From an uncultured Alphaproteobacteria bacterium (GTDB lineage Bacteria > Pseudomonadota > Alphaproteobacteria > Rhizobiales > Beijerinckiaceae), in the NCBI GenBank assembly GCA_963700795.1, contig CAVOYX010000006.1:391862-455861 (forward strand): a stretch of 64,000 nt of DNA, in the 5' to 3' direction. Under the pieces are notes generated by a model, which had not been told where the DNA came from, did not search any database, and saw nothing but the letters and a program-made list of their open reading frames with translations. Shown here piece after piece: positions 30,206 to 39,992 of this stretch; within the stretch, counting starts at the first letter, position 1; each line of letters begins with the position of its first letter. The position numbers and the translations under genes are program-made.

Positions 30206-31221
30206 TGCGCGCACCCGATTTCTGGTGGCAGACCCCGCCCAATCTCATCGCGACAGCCCTGATGCCCGCCGGATATGTCTGGGGCGCCATTAGCGCACGG
30301 CGGATGCAACAGAGCGGCGTTGCAGCTGATGCCCCGGTGATCTGTATCGGCAATTTCGTTGCCGGTGGAGCCGGCAAAACACCAACAGCGCTGGCTTGCG
30401 CAGCCGTGCTTGCTCGAAACGGGATGACCATCGCTTTTCTCACGCGCGGTTATGGCGGCACCCTGTCCAAGAGCGGCCGTCCGGTGCGCGTCGAGCCCGG
30501 ACGGCACAGCGCCATCGAGGTCGGCGACGAACCTTTGCTGCTGGCGCGCGTCGCACCGGCATTTGTCTCCAGCAACCGGGTGGCTGGCGCCAATGCCGCT
30601 ACCGCCTTGGGCGCAGACGTGCTGGTCATGGACGACGGCTTGCAGAATCCATCATTGCAAAAGACGCTGTCGATCGCTGTCGTCGATGGTGAAACCGGCG
30701 CAGGCAATGAATTGTGTATTCCCGCCGGACCGCTGCGCGCGCCACTTGCCGTGCAATTGCCGATGATCGATGCGCTGGTCGTGATCGGCGAAGGAGAAGC
30801 TGGAGAACGGCTGGCCGGCCGCGCACTCTCCCATGGCAAGGCGGTATTCCGCGGCCACCTTCAACCTGACGCGGAGATTGCAGCTTCCTTTCACGGACGC
30901 AAAGTGGTGGCATTTGCAGGAATTGGCCGGCCGGAGAAATTTTTTGCTACCCTCGCGGAGACCGGCGCCGATGTAGTTGAGGCATTCGGTTTTGACGATC
31001 ATCAGATGTTCAGCGCAGACAACATCGACACGCTGAAAAAAGCCGCGCAACACCACGAAGCTGTTCTGGTGACAACGGAAAAGGATTTCATGCGGCTGGG
31101 CGATGCATTTGGCGATTTTCCGCTTGCGGTCTTGCCGGTCACATTGGCGCTGGAAAAAGATGCGGCTTTCGCGCAATTCCTGCTGCAGGGCATTGAAGGC
31201 AATCGCACACCGCGGCCCTAG
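30202..31221 (+). CDS. lpxK: Tetraacyldisaccharide 4'-kinase
   Basis: ICIGNFVAGGAGKTP, LTRGYGG, GDEPLLLA, MDDGLQN, PAGPLR, FAGIGRPEKFF, TTEKD. Confidence 0.97.
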   Translation: MMRAPDFWWQTPPNLIATALMPAGYVWGAISARRMQQSGVAADAPVICIGNFVAGGAGKTPTALACAAVLARNGMTIAFLTRGYGGTLSKSGRPVRVEPGRHSAIEVGDEPLLLARVAPAFVSSNRVAGANAATALGADVLVMDDGLQNPSLQKTLSIAVVDGETGAGNELCIPAGPLRAPLAVQLPMIDALVVIGEGEAGERLAGRALSHGKAVFRGHLQPDAEIAASFHGRKVVAFAGIGRPEKFFATLAETGADVVEAFGFDDHQMFSADNIDTLKKAAQHHEAVLVTTEKDFMRLGDAFGDFPLAVLPVTLALEKDAAFAQFLLQGIEGNRTPRP

Positions 31222-31246
31222 CCGGCCGGCAATCCGAAATCAAACG

Positions 31247-31480
31247 CTAGACCCGGCCAACCTTGCGGGTCTTGCCGTTCAGCCGCGCCAAAATGGCATC
31301 GGTTGAAACATAGGCTTCCTGCCGGTCCACGTCCCAATAGCGTAGTTCCTCAATCGGGATCTGCTGGCCGGTCACTGCACAAAGCACGAAAGAACCGGGA
31401 CGAACGATACGGAAATCGCCATCCAGGTACTGGACCTCAGCTTCTTTTGCGCCAGGCGCCTTGCGTTCAAAAAGGTTCAT
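31247..31480 (-). CDS. DUF2093 domain protein
   Basis: MNLFER...EA.V.YLDGDF.IV.PGSFV.CAVTG..IP..EL.YW.V..QE.Y. Confidence 0.88.
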   Translation of the reverse strand: MNLFERKAPGAKEAEVQYLDGDFRIVRPGSFVLCAVTGQQIPIEELRYWDVDRQEAYVSTDAILARLNGKTRKVGRV

Positions 31481-31714
31481 GCGAACAATTCCAGAAGATC
31501 GCCCAGGCCCGCAACCCGATAGCGGCGGCCTGTCCCACCCTTGTACAACACAGGGAGGATAAATTCCAGTTCCCCCATGCAGCGCGCAAACATGGAAAGA
31601 GGCCCTGCCCGGCCCCGCAATCTTGCGAATTCCGTTAGCGCCCGGCACGAAAAGCGAGTTTGTCTACCACGTCCCCAAGCAGTAGGCTGCGCCACACTTT
31701 TTGATCGGACTGTC

Positions 31715-32548
31715 ATGCATGCACCATTCCTGATCGCCGCTGCAGCCTTGCTGGCGTCATTTGCCTTCGGCGCAAGCGCGCAAGCGCCCGTCAACTGGGT
31801 AAGCTTTGCCGCCGGCGATGAGCAATTGCGCGGGGCACTTTTCCTTCCAAAAGCAAAAGCTCCCTACCCGGCCGTCATAGCCCTGCACGGCTGCGGAGGA
31901 CTTGGCTTTCGCAAGAACGGCCGCGAGGAAGACTGGGCCAGCAGGCTCAACGGTGCCGGCTATGCGGTGCTGTTTGCCGACAGTTTCGGATCACGCGGAT
32001 TGAAATCACAATGCTCTGTGCGCAAGCGCAGCGTACGCGCGGGACGCGAGCGCATAGGCGATGCCCATGCAGCATTGGCCTACATGCAAACGCGCAGCGA
32101 TATCAAACCTGACCGGATTTCCCTTCTGGGCTGGTCGAACGGCGGAGCGACCATTCTCAACAGCGTTCCCACGGCCCGAAAACCGGCCGGGTTGAAATAT
32201 GATTTCGATGCAGCGATTGCTTTTTATCCCGGTTGCCGAGCTGCCGCGCGCGCAAGCACATGGGACACTCGCGTGCGGCTGCTGATCCTGACCGGCCAGG
32301 CCGATGACTGGACGCCACCGGATGCGTGCATCGCCCTGTACAAAAGAACCCGCAGCCAGGGGCAACCCATCGTGCTGGAATTGTTCGATGGCGCCTATCA
32401 CAATTTCGATCATCCCAACATGCCGGTTCGCGTGCGCAGGAACCGGGCATTCTCGGGCGATGGCAGCGGTGTAGTGCATCAGGGCACGCATCCACAGGCA
32501 CGAAAGGAAGCGATCGAATACGTGATGCGGTTCTTGAAATCGCGTTAG
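31715..32548 (+). CDS. Secreted dienelactone-hydrolase-like alpha/beta hydrolase
   Basis: Signal peptide; PAVIALHGCGG; nucleophile elbow GWSNGG; AFYPGC; DDWTP; GAYHNFD. Confidence 0.88.
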   Translation: MHAPFLIAAAALLASFAFGASAQAPVNWVSFAAGDEQLRGALFLPKAKAPYPAVIALHGCGGLGFRKNGREEDWASRLNGAGYAVLFADSFGSRGLKSQCSVRKRSVRAGRERIGDAHAALAYMQTRSDIKPDRISLLGWSNGGATILNSVPTARKPAGLKYDFDAAIAFYPGCRAAARASTWDTRVRLLILTGQADDWTPPDACIALYKRTRSQGQPIVLELFDGAYHNFDHPNMPVRVRRNRAFSGDGSGVVHQGTHPQARKEAIEYVMRFLKSR

Positions 32549-32557
32549 GCGGCTTGG

Positions 32558-33988
32558 TCAGGTGGCGATCTGGGTTGGGTCTTCGCCTGCGTCCTTTGCA
32601 GGCGCTACTGCCCGCACGACCGTCACCGTGCAAGGTGCGCGGGCAACAACCTCCGACGAGACCGACCCCAGGAAACGCCGGTAGGTGGATGCGCCGCGAG
32701 CGCACAGCAAGACCTGGTCTGCATGATTGGTCTGTGCAAAATCGATGATCGCCTCTGCCGGCGAGAAATTCTCCAGCACATGAAACGAAATCTTTTCCGG
32801 CTCCAGTTCGAGCCCGCGCGCCCAGTCCTTCAATTCCACCAGGCGCTGCACATGGATGTTCCGCCCTTCCTCGTCGAAGGTTGCCGTTTGAAAGACACTG
32901 GACATGCGGATGACATTGACGCAGGCAACGCGCACATCGGCCATCGAAGCGATGAGGCGCTGGGTCTGCAGACGCAAAGCCTCCGCCAGATATTCAAAGC
33001 CTTCGGACAAATCAACCGCAACCAGCACAAGACCTGTCTCTGTTGCAGGCATGGCGAAATGCTCAACCGGGGGCAGCGCGCGTGCCTTCATCCAGCGCCG
33101 GAAAACCGTTGGCAGGCTGTCGCGATCCAGCTTCTCCGAACGCGTGGTCAGGCGCACCGCATCAGGATTGAGCAAATTGAAAGCCAGGCGCGCGGCAGTC
33201 GGGTAGCGGCGCGAGGGATCTGGCTCAAGACATCGCAGGATGATCTCCTGCAGGAACGGCGGTATTGCAGGTTGCAATTTGCGTGGCGGAACCGGATCGC
33301 GCCAGATGCGCGTCTTCAACGATTGTTGCGAGCGGGGTACGCCGAACGGGCGCTCACCGGTTGCAAGATGATACAACAATACACCGATGGAAAAAATATC
33401 AGACCGTGGCTCGGCCCTGATCTGGCGTGCCTGCTCCGGGGAAATATAAGGAGCCGTGCCCATCGGAAGATGGAATTCGGCTTCCAGCAAATCGGGTAGC
33501 TCGTTGTGACGCGACAGTCCGAAATCGATGAAGACAGCCTCGCCGCTGGGGCGCGTCATGATGTTGGAAGGCTTGATGTCGTGATGGATGACTTTCTGGC
33601 GATGAATATCGGCAAGCGCGGTAGCAACGCGGCGTCCGATCTTCAGCACTTCATCGGGAGGCAGTGGCGATTCCTCGATGCGCGAGAATAAAGTATTGCC
33701 CGGAATATGCTCCAGCGCCAGATAGGGCACCTTGGCGAAATCGCCGACACCGTATACGCGCGGGACATGCGGCCCGGTCAGGCGCGGCAATATCATCATC
33801 TCCATTTCAAAGCCGACGATGATCGTTGCATCTTCGCCTTCGCGAATTTTCGGCACTTTGAATATTACTGGCGCGGACACATTGGGATGATGGGCGGTGA
33901 ACACCACTGCCATGCCGCCGACATGCAATTCCTTTTCAATCACAAATCCGTCGATAACATCGCCAGGCTTGATCTCATTTGCGGGCAT
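32558..33988 (-). CDS. Hanks-type Ser/Thr protein kinase fused to a C-terminal universal stress protein (USP) domain
   Basis: HVGGMA, FKVP, HHDIKPSN, IDFGLS, GTAPYISPEQ, SDIFSIG; then LVAVDLS...ARG.....FLGSVS.EVVARAPCTVTVVR. Confidence 0.92.
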   Translation of the reverse strand: MPANEIKPGDVIDGFVIEKELHVGGMAVVFTAHHPNVSAPVIFKVPKIREGEDATIIVGFEMEMMILPRLTGPHVPRVYGVGDFAKVPYLALEHIPGNTLFSRIEESPLPPDEVLKIGRRVATALADIHRQKVIHHDIKPSNIMTRPSGEAVFIDFGLSRHNELPDLLEAEFHLPMGTAPYISPEQARQIRAEPRSDIFSIGVLLYHLATGERPFGVPRSQQSLKTRIWRDPVPPRKLQPAIPPFLQEIILRCLEPDPSRRYPTAARLAFNLLNPDAVRLTTRSEKLDRDSLPTVFRRWMKARALPPVEHFAMPATETGLVLVAVDLSEGFEYLAEALRLQTQRLIASMADVRVACVNVIRMSSVFQTATFDEEGRNIHVQRLVELKDWARGLELEPEKISFHVLENFSPAEAIIDFAQTNHADQVLLCARGASTYRRFLGSVSSEVVARAPCTVTVVRAVAPAKDAGEDPTQIAT

Positions 33989-34001
33989 CGGGCATCCAGA
34001 C

Positions 34002-34754
34002 CTATCGGCCAATAAACAGTCGCGCCGCAAGCATTTGCGGCAGACCTGCGGCGTGAATTTTTCCCGATGCCGTTTCTATGTCGTAGGGCACACGGAAATA
34101 GGTCAATTCGTTGCGACCGGTATCGTAGATTGCATAGGCAGCTGCAGGATTGCGATCACGCGGCTGGCCGGTTGCACCCATCACAGCAAGCCACTGGCGA
34201 TTGCCGACCAGCGGTATCGATACGCCAGCCTGGGGCGTGAAAAGGCGGGCCTGCTTCTTGCTTCCCATGTTGTAAAGTTGCGGCACGTGCACATGGCCGC
34301 AAAAGGTTATGCGGTCTGTGACGCCAGACATGCTGCGCTCGGCAGATTGCACGTCGTTGACGTAGTTCCATTCCTGAGGATGGGATGCTTCTGCATGCAC
34401 GAACAGCGCGCCCGGCATGTCGTCGTCACGCATGGTCAGGGGAAGATCGCGCAGCACGTCGTGCGAGGCCTTGTCCAAAGCGCGATGGGTCCATTCGATC
34501 GCGGCGGCTGCATAGTCGTTCATGCCTTCGGAGACGGCATTTGCACATGCCTCGTCATGATTGCCGCGAACAACTATCGCACCCGCCTCTATCGCGCGCA
34601 CGGTTGCATCGACCAGATATTGCGGATCTGCGCCATAGCCGACGATGTCGCCAAGAATCACAACACGGTCGAAGCCCTGCTTGCGCGCATGTTTCCAGCA
34701 AGCGTCGAACGCCTCCCGGTTGCCGTGAATATCCGAAAAGATTGCAATGCGCAT
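34002..34754 (-). CDS. Calcineurin-like metallophosphoesterase
   Basis: FSDIHGN, LGDIVGYG, RGNHD, VHA, CGHVH, GQPRD.NP.A.Y; AGGAGG RBS. Confidence 0.92.
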   Translation of the reverse strand: MRIAIFSDIHGNREAFDACWKHARKQGFDRVVILGDIVGYGADPQYLVDATVRAIEAGAIVVRGNHDEACANAVSEGMNDYAAAAIEWTHRALDKASHDVLRDLPLTMRDDDMPGALFVHAEASHPQEWNYVNDVQSAERSMSGVTDRITFCGHVHVPQLYNMGSKKQARLFTPQAGVSIPLVGNRQWLAVMGATGQPRDRNPAAAYAIYDTGRNELTYFRVPYDIETASGKIHAAGLPQMLAARLFIGR

Positions 34755-34828
34755 GACGTGCCGTGTCGCCTCCTGCCCACAGCATATCCGGCAAATCGTT
34801 AAAATCCGCAAATTTTCTGCAGAAAAGC

Positions 34829-35251
34829 CTATCCGGCGAGCAATTCGACGAAGTTTTTGTGCACCCAGCCGGAGCGGCACGGGCCGGGATATGGCATTTT
34901 GCGAGCAATTGGAGAACCAACTTTGCATTCCTGCTCGCCGGTTCCGTAAACGATACCTATCCAGTCGCCACGCTCGTCGCACATCCAGACACGACGACCA
35001 TTGCGCAGGCGGTCCAGTTCCCGTTGACCGGAGTTCGGCCCGGCCCGCACCGAAAGAAAATTGTCCCCGCGCGATTTCAATCCCTTGACCAGCCCCAAAC
35101 CGCCACAAGCATCAAGGCCGGGATCATGGCCATACATCACCGGCACCGGGCGTTGCTGGGCAATTGCACCGCCAGCATATGCGCCAATCAGGCATGCTGC
35201 AGCCAATGCAGCAACGCCGCTGAAGCGACCGGAATTGCAGCGCCTTGACAT
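34829..35251 (-). CDS. Secreted SH3b-like domain protein
   Basis: Signal peptide; GDNFLSVRAGP......DRL.NG..V..C...GDW.GIVY; PCRSGWV...FV; four Cys in the mature part. Confidence 0.75.
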   Translation of the reverse strand: MSRRCNSGRFSGVAALAAACLIGAYAGGAIAQQRPVPVMYGHDPGLDACGGLGLVKGLKSRGDNFLSVRAGPNSGQRELDRLRNGRRVWMCDERGDWIGIVYGTGEQECKVGSPIARKMPYPGPCRSGWVHKNFVELLAG

Positions 35252-35326
35252 ACGAACTCCCGTTTATTCCAGTTTCGCCAGACCTGAAGCGCCAGCGATT
35301 GCCTTTACGCAGTGTGTACCTGCATT

Positions 35327-35947
35327 TCAGAAACTAAAGGCTTCCTTGCCCCACACCTGCTTCACCCGCTGATCGCGTCCACAGTTCCAGCGATAGAACT
35401 TGTATTTGGTCGTGTTCTTCCTGTGATAATTTTGATGATAGGCCTCGGCGGGATAAAATGTTGTCGCCTTTTCGATTGTGGTCACAACCTTACCTGCGAG
35501 TTTCCCGCTGGCGTCCAGGGCGGCTTTTGTCTTTACCGCTGCAGAGCGCTGCTTGTTGTCGAGATAGAAAATGGCGTTGCGATACTGATTGCCCCGATCG
35601 CAAAACTGACCGCCCGCGGTGATTGGATCTGTCGTGCGAAAGAATATGTGCAGGATGCGGTCATAGCTGATCTTTGTGGGATCATAAACGATCTTCACAG
35701 CCTCGGCATGGCCCGTGCCGCCGCCGGAAACCTGCTTGTAGGTTGGATTGGCTGTCTTTCCGCCGATATATCCTGACGTCGTCGAGAGCACGCCGGAAAT
35801 TTTGTCGAAATCGGATTCGACGCACCAGAAACATCCGCCGGCGACAATGGCGACCTCGGCCTGTTGTATCTTCTGCTGCGCATTGGCGCCGGATTGCAAC
35901 GTAAACGCCAATCCCAATATCGCGGCGAACATTCTGCCCAGTTGCAT
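35327..35947 (-). CDS. msrA: Peptide-methionine (S)-S-oxide reductase, exported
   Basis: AGGCFWCVES, GYIGG, GHAEAV, GGQFCDRG.QYR, FYPAEAYHQNY; Sec-type signal; AAGGAG RBS. Confidence 0.96.
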   Translation of the reverse strand: MQLGRMFAAILGLAFTLQSGANAQQKIQQAEVAIVAGGCFWCVESDFDKISGVLSTTSGYIGGKTANPTYKQVSGGGTGHAEAVKIVYDPTKISYDRILHIFFRTTDPITAGGQFCDRGNQYRNAIFYLDNKQRSAAVKTKAALDASGKLAGKVVTTIEKATTFYPAEAYHQNYHRKNTTKYKFYRWNCGRDQRVKQVWGKEAFSF

Positions 35948-36016
35948 CGTCGTCTCCTTATGTGTTCGCCAGCCACCTTCTTGAACATCGGCACGCGCGG
36001 CGTTGGTTACATGCGG

Positions 36017-36523
36017 CTAGCCGCTCGTATTTCCATCCGGTTTGAACGTCAGGGATACGCCGTTCATGCAATAGCGCTCACCGGTTGGCTTCGGTCCATC
36101 GGGAAACACATGGCCGAGATGACCGCCGCAGCGGCTGCAATGAACTTCGACGCGCGTCATGAACAGAGTGTTGTCGGTGCTCGTCTCGACAGCGCCATCG
36201 ATAGGTTTGAAGAAGCTCGGCCAGCCCGTGCCGGATTCGTATTTCGTATCCGACTGGAACAGATCCTGGCCGCAACCGCTGCAGGCAAATATGCCCTTGC
36301 GCTTTTCGTGATTCAGCGGACTGGTGCCGGCACGTTCTGTCCCATGCTCGCGCAGGACATAATATTGCATGTCAGAAAGCTTTTTCTTCCACTCGTCCGG
36401 CGTATGACTGACCGGAAATTCTTTCGCGGCGGCTTCCCCGCCCGAACCGGTCAACTTGCCGAAAATTCCGCCGATGCCTGCCATGGCCAATCCTCCAAAC
36501 AAGATAATTCTGCGCGTGAGCAT
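36017..36523 (-). CDS. msrB: Peptide-methionine (R)-S-oxide reductase with Tat-like signal
   Basis: MLTRRIIL twin-arginine leader; GTERA, CSGC, SGTGWPSF, R.EVHCSRCGGHLGHVF.DGP.PTG.RYCMN. Confidence 0.96.
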   Translation of the reverse strand: MLTRRIILFGGLAMAGIGGIFGKLTGSGGEAAAKEFPVSHTPDEWKKKLSDMQYYVLREHGTERAGTSPLNHEKRKGIFACSGCGQDLFQSDTKYESGTGWPSFFKPIDGAVETSTDNTLFMTRVEVHCSRCGGHLGHVFPDGPKPTGERYCMNGVSLTFKPDGNTSG

Positions 36524-36695
36524 TCTGCCCTCCATGCGTCTGCGTTGGAAGGCTTGTATATAATGCACATTGGGGCCGATTGTTGCCAATTGCAGCGATC
36601 TAGCGCGATTGTGATGGGATGTGAGCGGGCAAACCACAGTGACAGCGCGAAAATCCGTCCGCGACGAGGAAATCGCGCTGGGATATATTGGGGAT

Positions 36696-37109
36696 ATGAC
36701 GTCGTCCGCACCAACAGATCAACCAACGGGTCACTCGCGCGAGCCGGCCGGTTCATCCCGCCCGCCCGCCGGACGAAGTGGGCGCGGCGGGCTTGGCGGA
36801 ATTTTGCTGGCATGGCTGATCGGCCCGGCCATCATTCTGGGCTGGCTGGGCTTTATGGCGCTGGCCTATGTTTTGTTCGAGCCAGGCGAAACGGTCATGG
36901 TGGTGGGTCCGCAGGCCCGGAACTTTCAGGCGATTGCAGAAGCTGATGCGCAGGTGCTGAGTTCCGGCGAGGGGTTTCTCGTGGCCCGCAGCGACAGGCC
37001 CGGCTATGTCCGCAGGCTTTATTCGGGCGGCGCCTGGCTGGTCCTGCCCGCAACCGACATGATGTGCGGGCACCCCGGAATTGTCCGCAAGATCGCGACC
37101 GGGAAATAG
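36696..37109 (+). CDS. Hypothetical membrane-anchored protein
   Basis: One hydrophobic segment; C-terminal PGYVRRLYSGGAWLVLPA....C; fills the gap between msrB and xseA. Confidence 0.65.
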   Translation: MTSSAPTDQPTGHSREPAGSSRPPAGRSGRGGLGGILLAWLIGPAIILGWLGFMALAYVLFEPGETVMVVGPQARNFQAIAEADAQVLSSGEGFLVARSDRPGYVRRLYSGGAWLVLPATDMMCGHPGIVRKIATGK

Positions 37110-37113
37110 GCCG

Positions 37114-38664
37114 TCAGAACAAAGAGCCCTGCCCGCTGGCACCGCCGGATTTTGACGCGCGCGGTTTTGCTTTGCTCCCTGAACTTCCAGAAGATGCGGG
37201 AGGTGCGGCACTGCCGCCCTCAGCCGTCGCCTTGACGCGCGCATCGGCGAACTCGATCTCCAGACCCATGCCCGGCGTGACTGCGCCGGCAGCGCGCACA
37301 GATGCGCCGGAGGCATCGCGCACCAGCGCATACCCGCGCGCCAGCACATTCTTGTAGTGGAGCGAATTATACACCTGCAACACCGCGCCCAGGCGCGTGC
37401 TGCGCAATTGCACGGCGCGCATGAAGGCCGGACCGAGACGTCCGGATACCGACGCCAATTGCCTTGCATTGTTTATGACGTGGCGTTGTTCATTTTGCCG
37501 CGCGGTCCTGATTGCAATGTCAAGGCGCTTGCCGAGCCCGGTCAGTTTCTCTCTTCGCCGCGCCAGTTCGGCCTGTGGTGAATGGCGCGCCAGCAGGGAT
37601 GCGACCCGCGACAGGCGCACATTGCGATCCTGCAACAGAGCCGTCACGCGCGCGCCAAGTCGCTCGCCGGCCCGGTCCACACGCTGGCGCGGGATGGCCA
37701 GGATATCTTCGGGCGTTGCCAGCGCCCGCGCCGTACCGCGCAGATCGGCGCGGGCGCGTTCGAGTATGCGAACGGTGCTCGTACCAAGGCGCCGTGCATA
37801 ATCGGCAACCTGCCCCAGAAGCTCGGAGCGCACCGGCACGGTGAGTTCGGCAGCCGCTGTGGGCGTGGGCGCGCGCAGGTCTGCGGCGTGATCGATCAGC
37901 GTCCAGTCGGTTTCATGGCCCACGGCCGAGACCAGCGGGATCATGCTGTTGGCAGCAGCGCGCACCACCACTTCATCGTTGAAACCCCAGAGATCTTCGA
38001 GCGAGCCGCCGCCGCGCGCGACGATGATGACATCGGGCCGGGGAATTTTTCCGTCCGGCTCCAGCGCGTTGAAACCGGCGATGGCGTTGGAGACTTCCGC
38101 ACCTGTGGTTTCGCCCTGCACACGCACGGGCCAGACCAGAACATGCACTGGAAACCTGTCGGCAATGCGATGCAGAATATCGCGAATAACCGCACCCGTC
38201 GGCGAGGTCACGACACCAATGACGCGCGGCAGGAAGGGTAGCAATTGCTTGCGCGCCTCGTCGAACAGGCCTTCGGCGGCCAGCCGCTTGCGGCGTTCCT
38301 CGAGCTGGGCCAGCAACGCGCCCACACCGGCAGGCTCAATCGTCTCGATAACAATCTGATAGGACGAGCGGCCGGGATAGGTCGTGATCTTGCCGGTGGC
38401 AATTACCTCCATGCCCTCTTCGGGACGAATACGCAGGCGCTGGAAATTACCTTTCCAGATAATCGCATCGATGCGCGCGTTCTGGTCTTTCAGGGCAAAA
38501 TAGCAATGGCCGGACGAATGCGGCCCGCGATAGCCCGACACCTCGCCACGGATGCGCACGAAGCCGAACTGGTCCTCGATGGCGCGCTTGAGCGCCTGGG
38601 ACAATTCGGAGACGGAAAGCTCCGGGGCGTTGGAAGGGGCGGAATCATTTTCAGCTTTGGCCAT
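37114..38664 (-). CDS. xseA: Exodeoxyribonuclease VII large subunit
   Basis: SVSELS, RGEVSG, SGHCYF.LKD, VTSPTGAVIRDI, ARGGGSLEDLW.FNDE, AVGHETD, APTPTAAAE, LARGYA. Confidence 0.97.
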   Translation of the reverse strand: MAKAENDSAPSNAPELSVSELSQALKRAIEDQFGFVRIRGEVSGYRGPHSSGHCYFALKDQNARIDAIIWKGNFQRLRIRPEEGMEVIATGKITTYPGRSSYQIVIETIEPAGVGALLAQLEERRKRLAAEGLFDEARKQLLPFLPRVIGVVTSPTGAVIRDILHRIADRFPVHVLVWPVRVQGETTGAEVSNAIAGFNALEPDGKIPRPDVIIVARGGGSLEDLWGFNDEVVVRAAANSMIPLVSAVGHETDWTLIDHAADLRAPTPTAAAELTVPVRSELLGQVADYARRLGTSTVRILERARADLRGTARALATPEDILAIPRQRVDRAGERLGARVTALLQDRNVRLSRVASLLARHSPQAELARRREKLTGLGKRLDIAIRTARQNEQRHVINNARQLASVSGRLGPAFMRAVQLRSTRLGAVLQVYNSLHYKNVLARGYALVRDASGASVRAAGAVTPGMGLEIEFADARVKATAEGGSAAPPASSGSSGSKAKPRASKSGGASGQGSLF

Positions 38665-38833
38665 CGGCGCAGACTACCAGTTTCGGCCCAACGAGGCACG
38701 GCCAGTATTCGCCAACGCCAATCAATGGTAGACAATTCGTCCGGTTCTGAGGGGACCGGCAATTTTATCAACCGGGTTTAGGGACGCGACGGCAGCAAGT
38801 GCCATGTGCCCCAACCCTATGGTGGAGGCACCA

Positions 38834-39859
38834 ATGACCCAGTTTTCGCAGGGCGCGTTCGCGCTGTGTCTGCTTGCAGCCAGCGCAGGAACTGCAGCCG
38901 CGCAGCAGAGCGTGGAGGATTTCTACAAATCCAAGCGCACGATCAATCTCTACATCGGCTATTCGCCCGGCGGCAGTTACGATCTGTATGCCCGCGTGGT
39001 TGCCCGCCACCTTGGCAAGTATATTCCAGGCAAGCCCAATATCGTTGCCAACAACATGCCCGGCGCAGGCTCGCTGCGGGCGGCAAATTATATCTATTCC
39101 GTGGCTCCCAAGGACGGGACGGCTCTGGGTGCGCTGGGCGAAACGCTTGCGGCCGAACAGGGGTTGAAAAATCCGGGCGTGAAATACGATGCCACCAAGC
39201 TCACATGGATCGGCCGCATCGCCTCCTCCAACAATATCTTCCTGGTCTGGAATACATCGAAGGCACAATCGATCCAGGATGCAATGACAACGGAAATGAC
39301 CTTTGCAGGCACGGGCCCGGCCAATCTTGCAGAGACGGTTCCGCGTGTTCTCAAGGCGCTGACCGGCGCGAAGCTGAAAGTTGTTTCCGGCTATGCGTCG
39401 TCCGGGCCGGGAATGCTGGCGATGGAACGCGGCGAAGTCGATGCGGCAGGCACGTCCTGGGCCGGAGTTAAGGCCGGGAAGATGAATTGGCTGAAGGAAA
39501 AGAAAGCCAAGATCTTTCTGCAGGCCCTGCCCGCTCGCGATCCCGAGCTGCCGGACGTGCCCGCGCTGCTGGAATTCGCCAAGACCGAGGCCGACAAGCA
39601 ATTGCTGAACGTCTATGCCTCGGGCGGGGCTATCGGCCGCTCGTATTGCGCACCGCCGGGCGTTCCCGCCCATATTGCAACAGCACTGCGCGATGCCTTT
39701 CAGGCAATGGCCAAGGATCCGGATCTGAAGGCGGAAGTGGCCAAGGCACGACTGGACATTGCGCCTGCTGATCACGAATTTCTGCTGAAAACGGTCTCAA
39801 CGGCAGCTGAGGTACCGGAATCGGTGCGGGCGCGCGTGCGGCAGATTTTCGCCAAATAG
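38834..39859 (+). CDS. Bug/TctC family substrate-binding protein
   Basis: Signal peptide; GYSPGGSYDLYAR, NMPGAGSLRAANY, APKDGT, LAMERGEVD, APPGVP; GGAGG RBS. Confidence 0.92.
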   Translation: MTQFSQGAFALCLLAASAGTAAAQQSVEDFYKSKRTINLYIGYSPGGSYDLYARVVARHLGKYIPGKPNIVANNMPGAGSLRAANYIYSVAPKDGTALGALGETLAAEQGLKNPGVKYDATKLTWIGRIASSNNIFLVWNTSKAQSIQDAMTTEMTFAGTGPANLAETVPRVLKALTGAKLKVVSGYASSGPGMLAMERGEVDAAGTSWAGVKAGKMNWLKEKKAKIFLQALPARDPELPDVPALLEFAKTEADKQLLNVYASGGAIGRSYCAPPGVPAHIATALRDAFQAMAKDPDLKAEVAKARLDIAPADHEFLLKTVSTAAEVPESVRARVRQIFAK

Positions 39860-39992
39860 ACGGCAATCAGGCCGCCCGGCACGTCTTGACGGCAGGGCGC
39901 GCCGGGCGCATTACATTTGCCAGGAATCGTGCGGCCAAGCGCCGCACATCGTCGCCCTGCGACATGAAGCAAGATCAACAAGGCTGCCGCCC

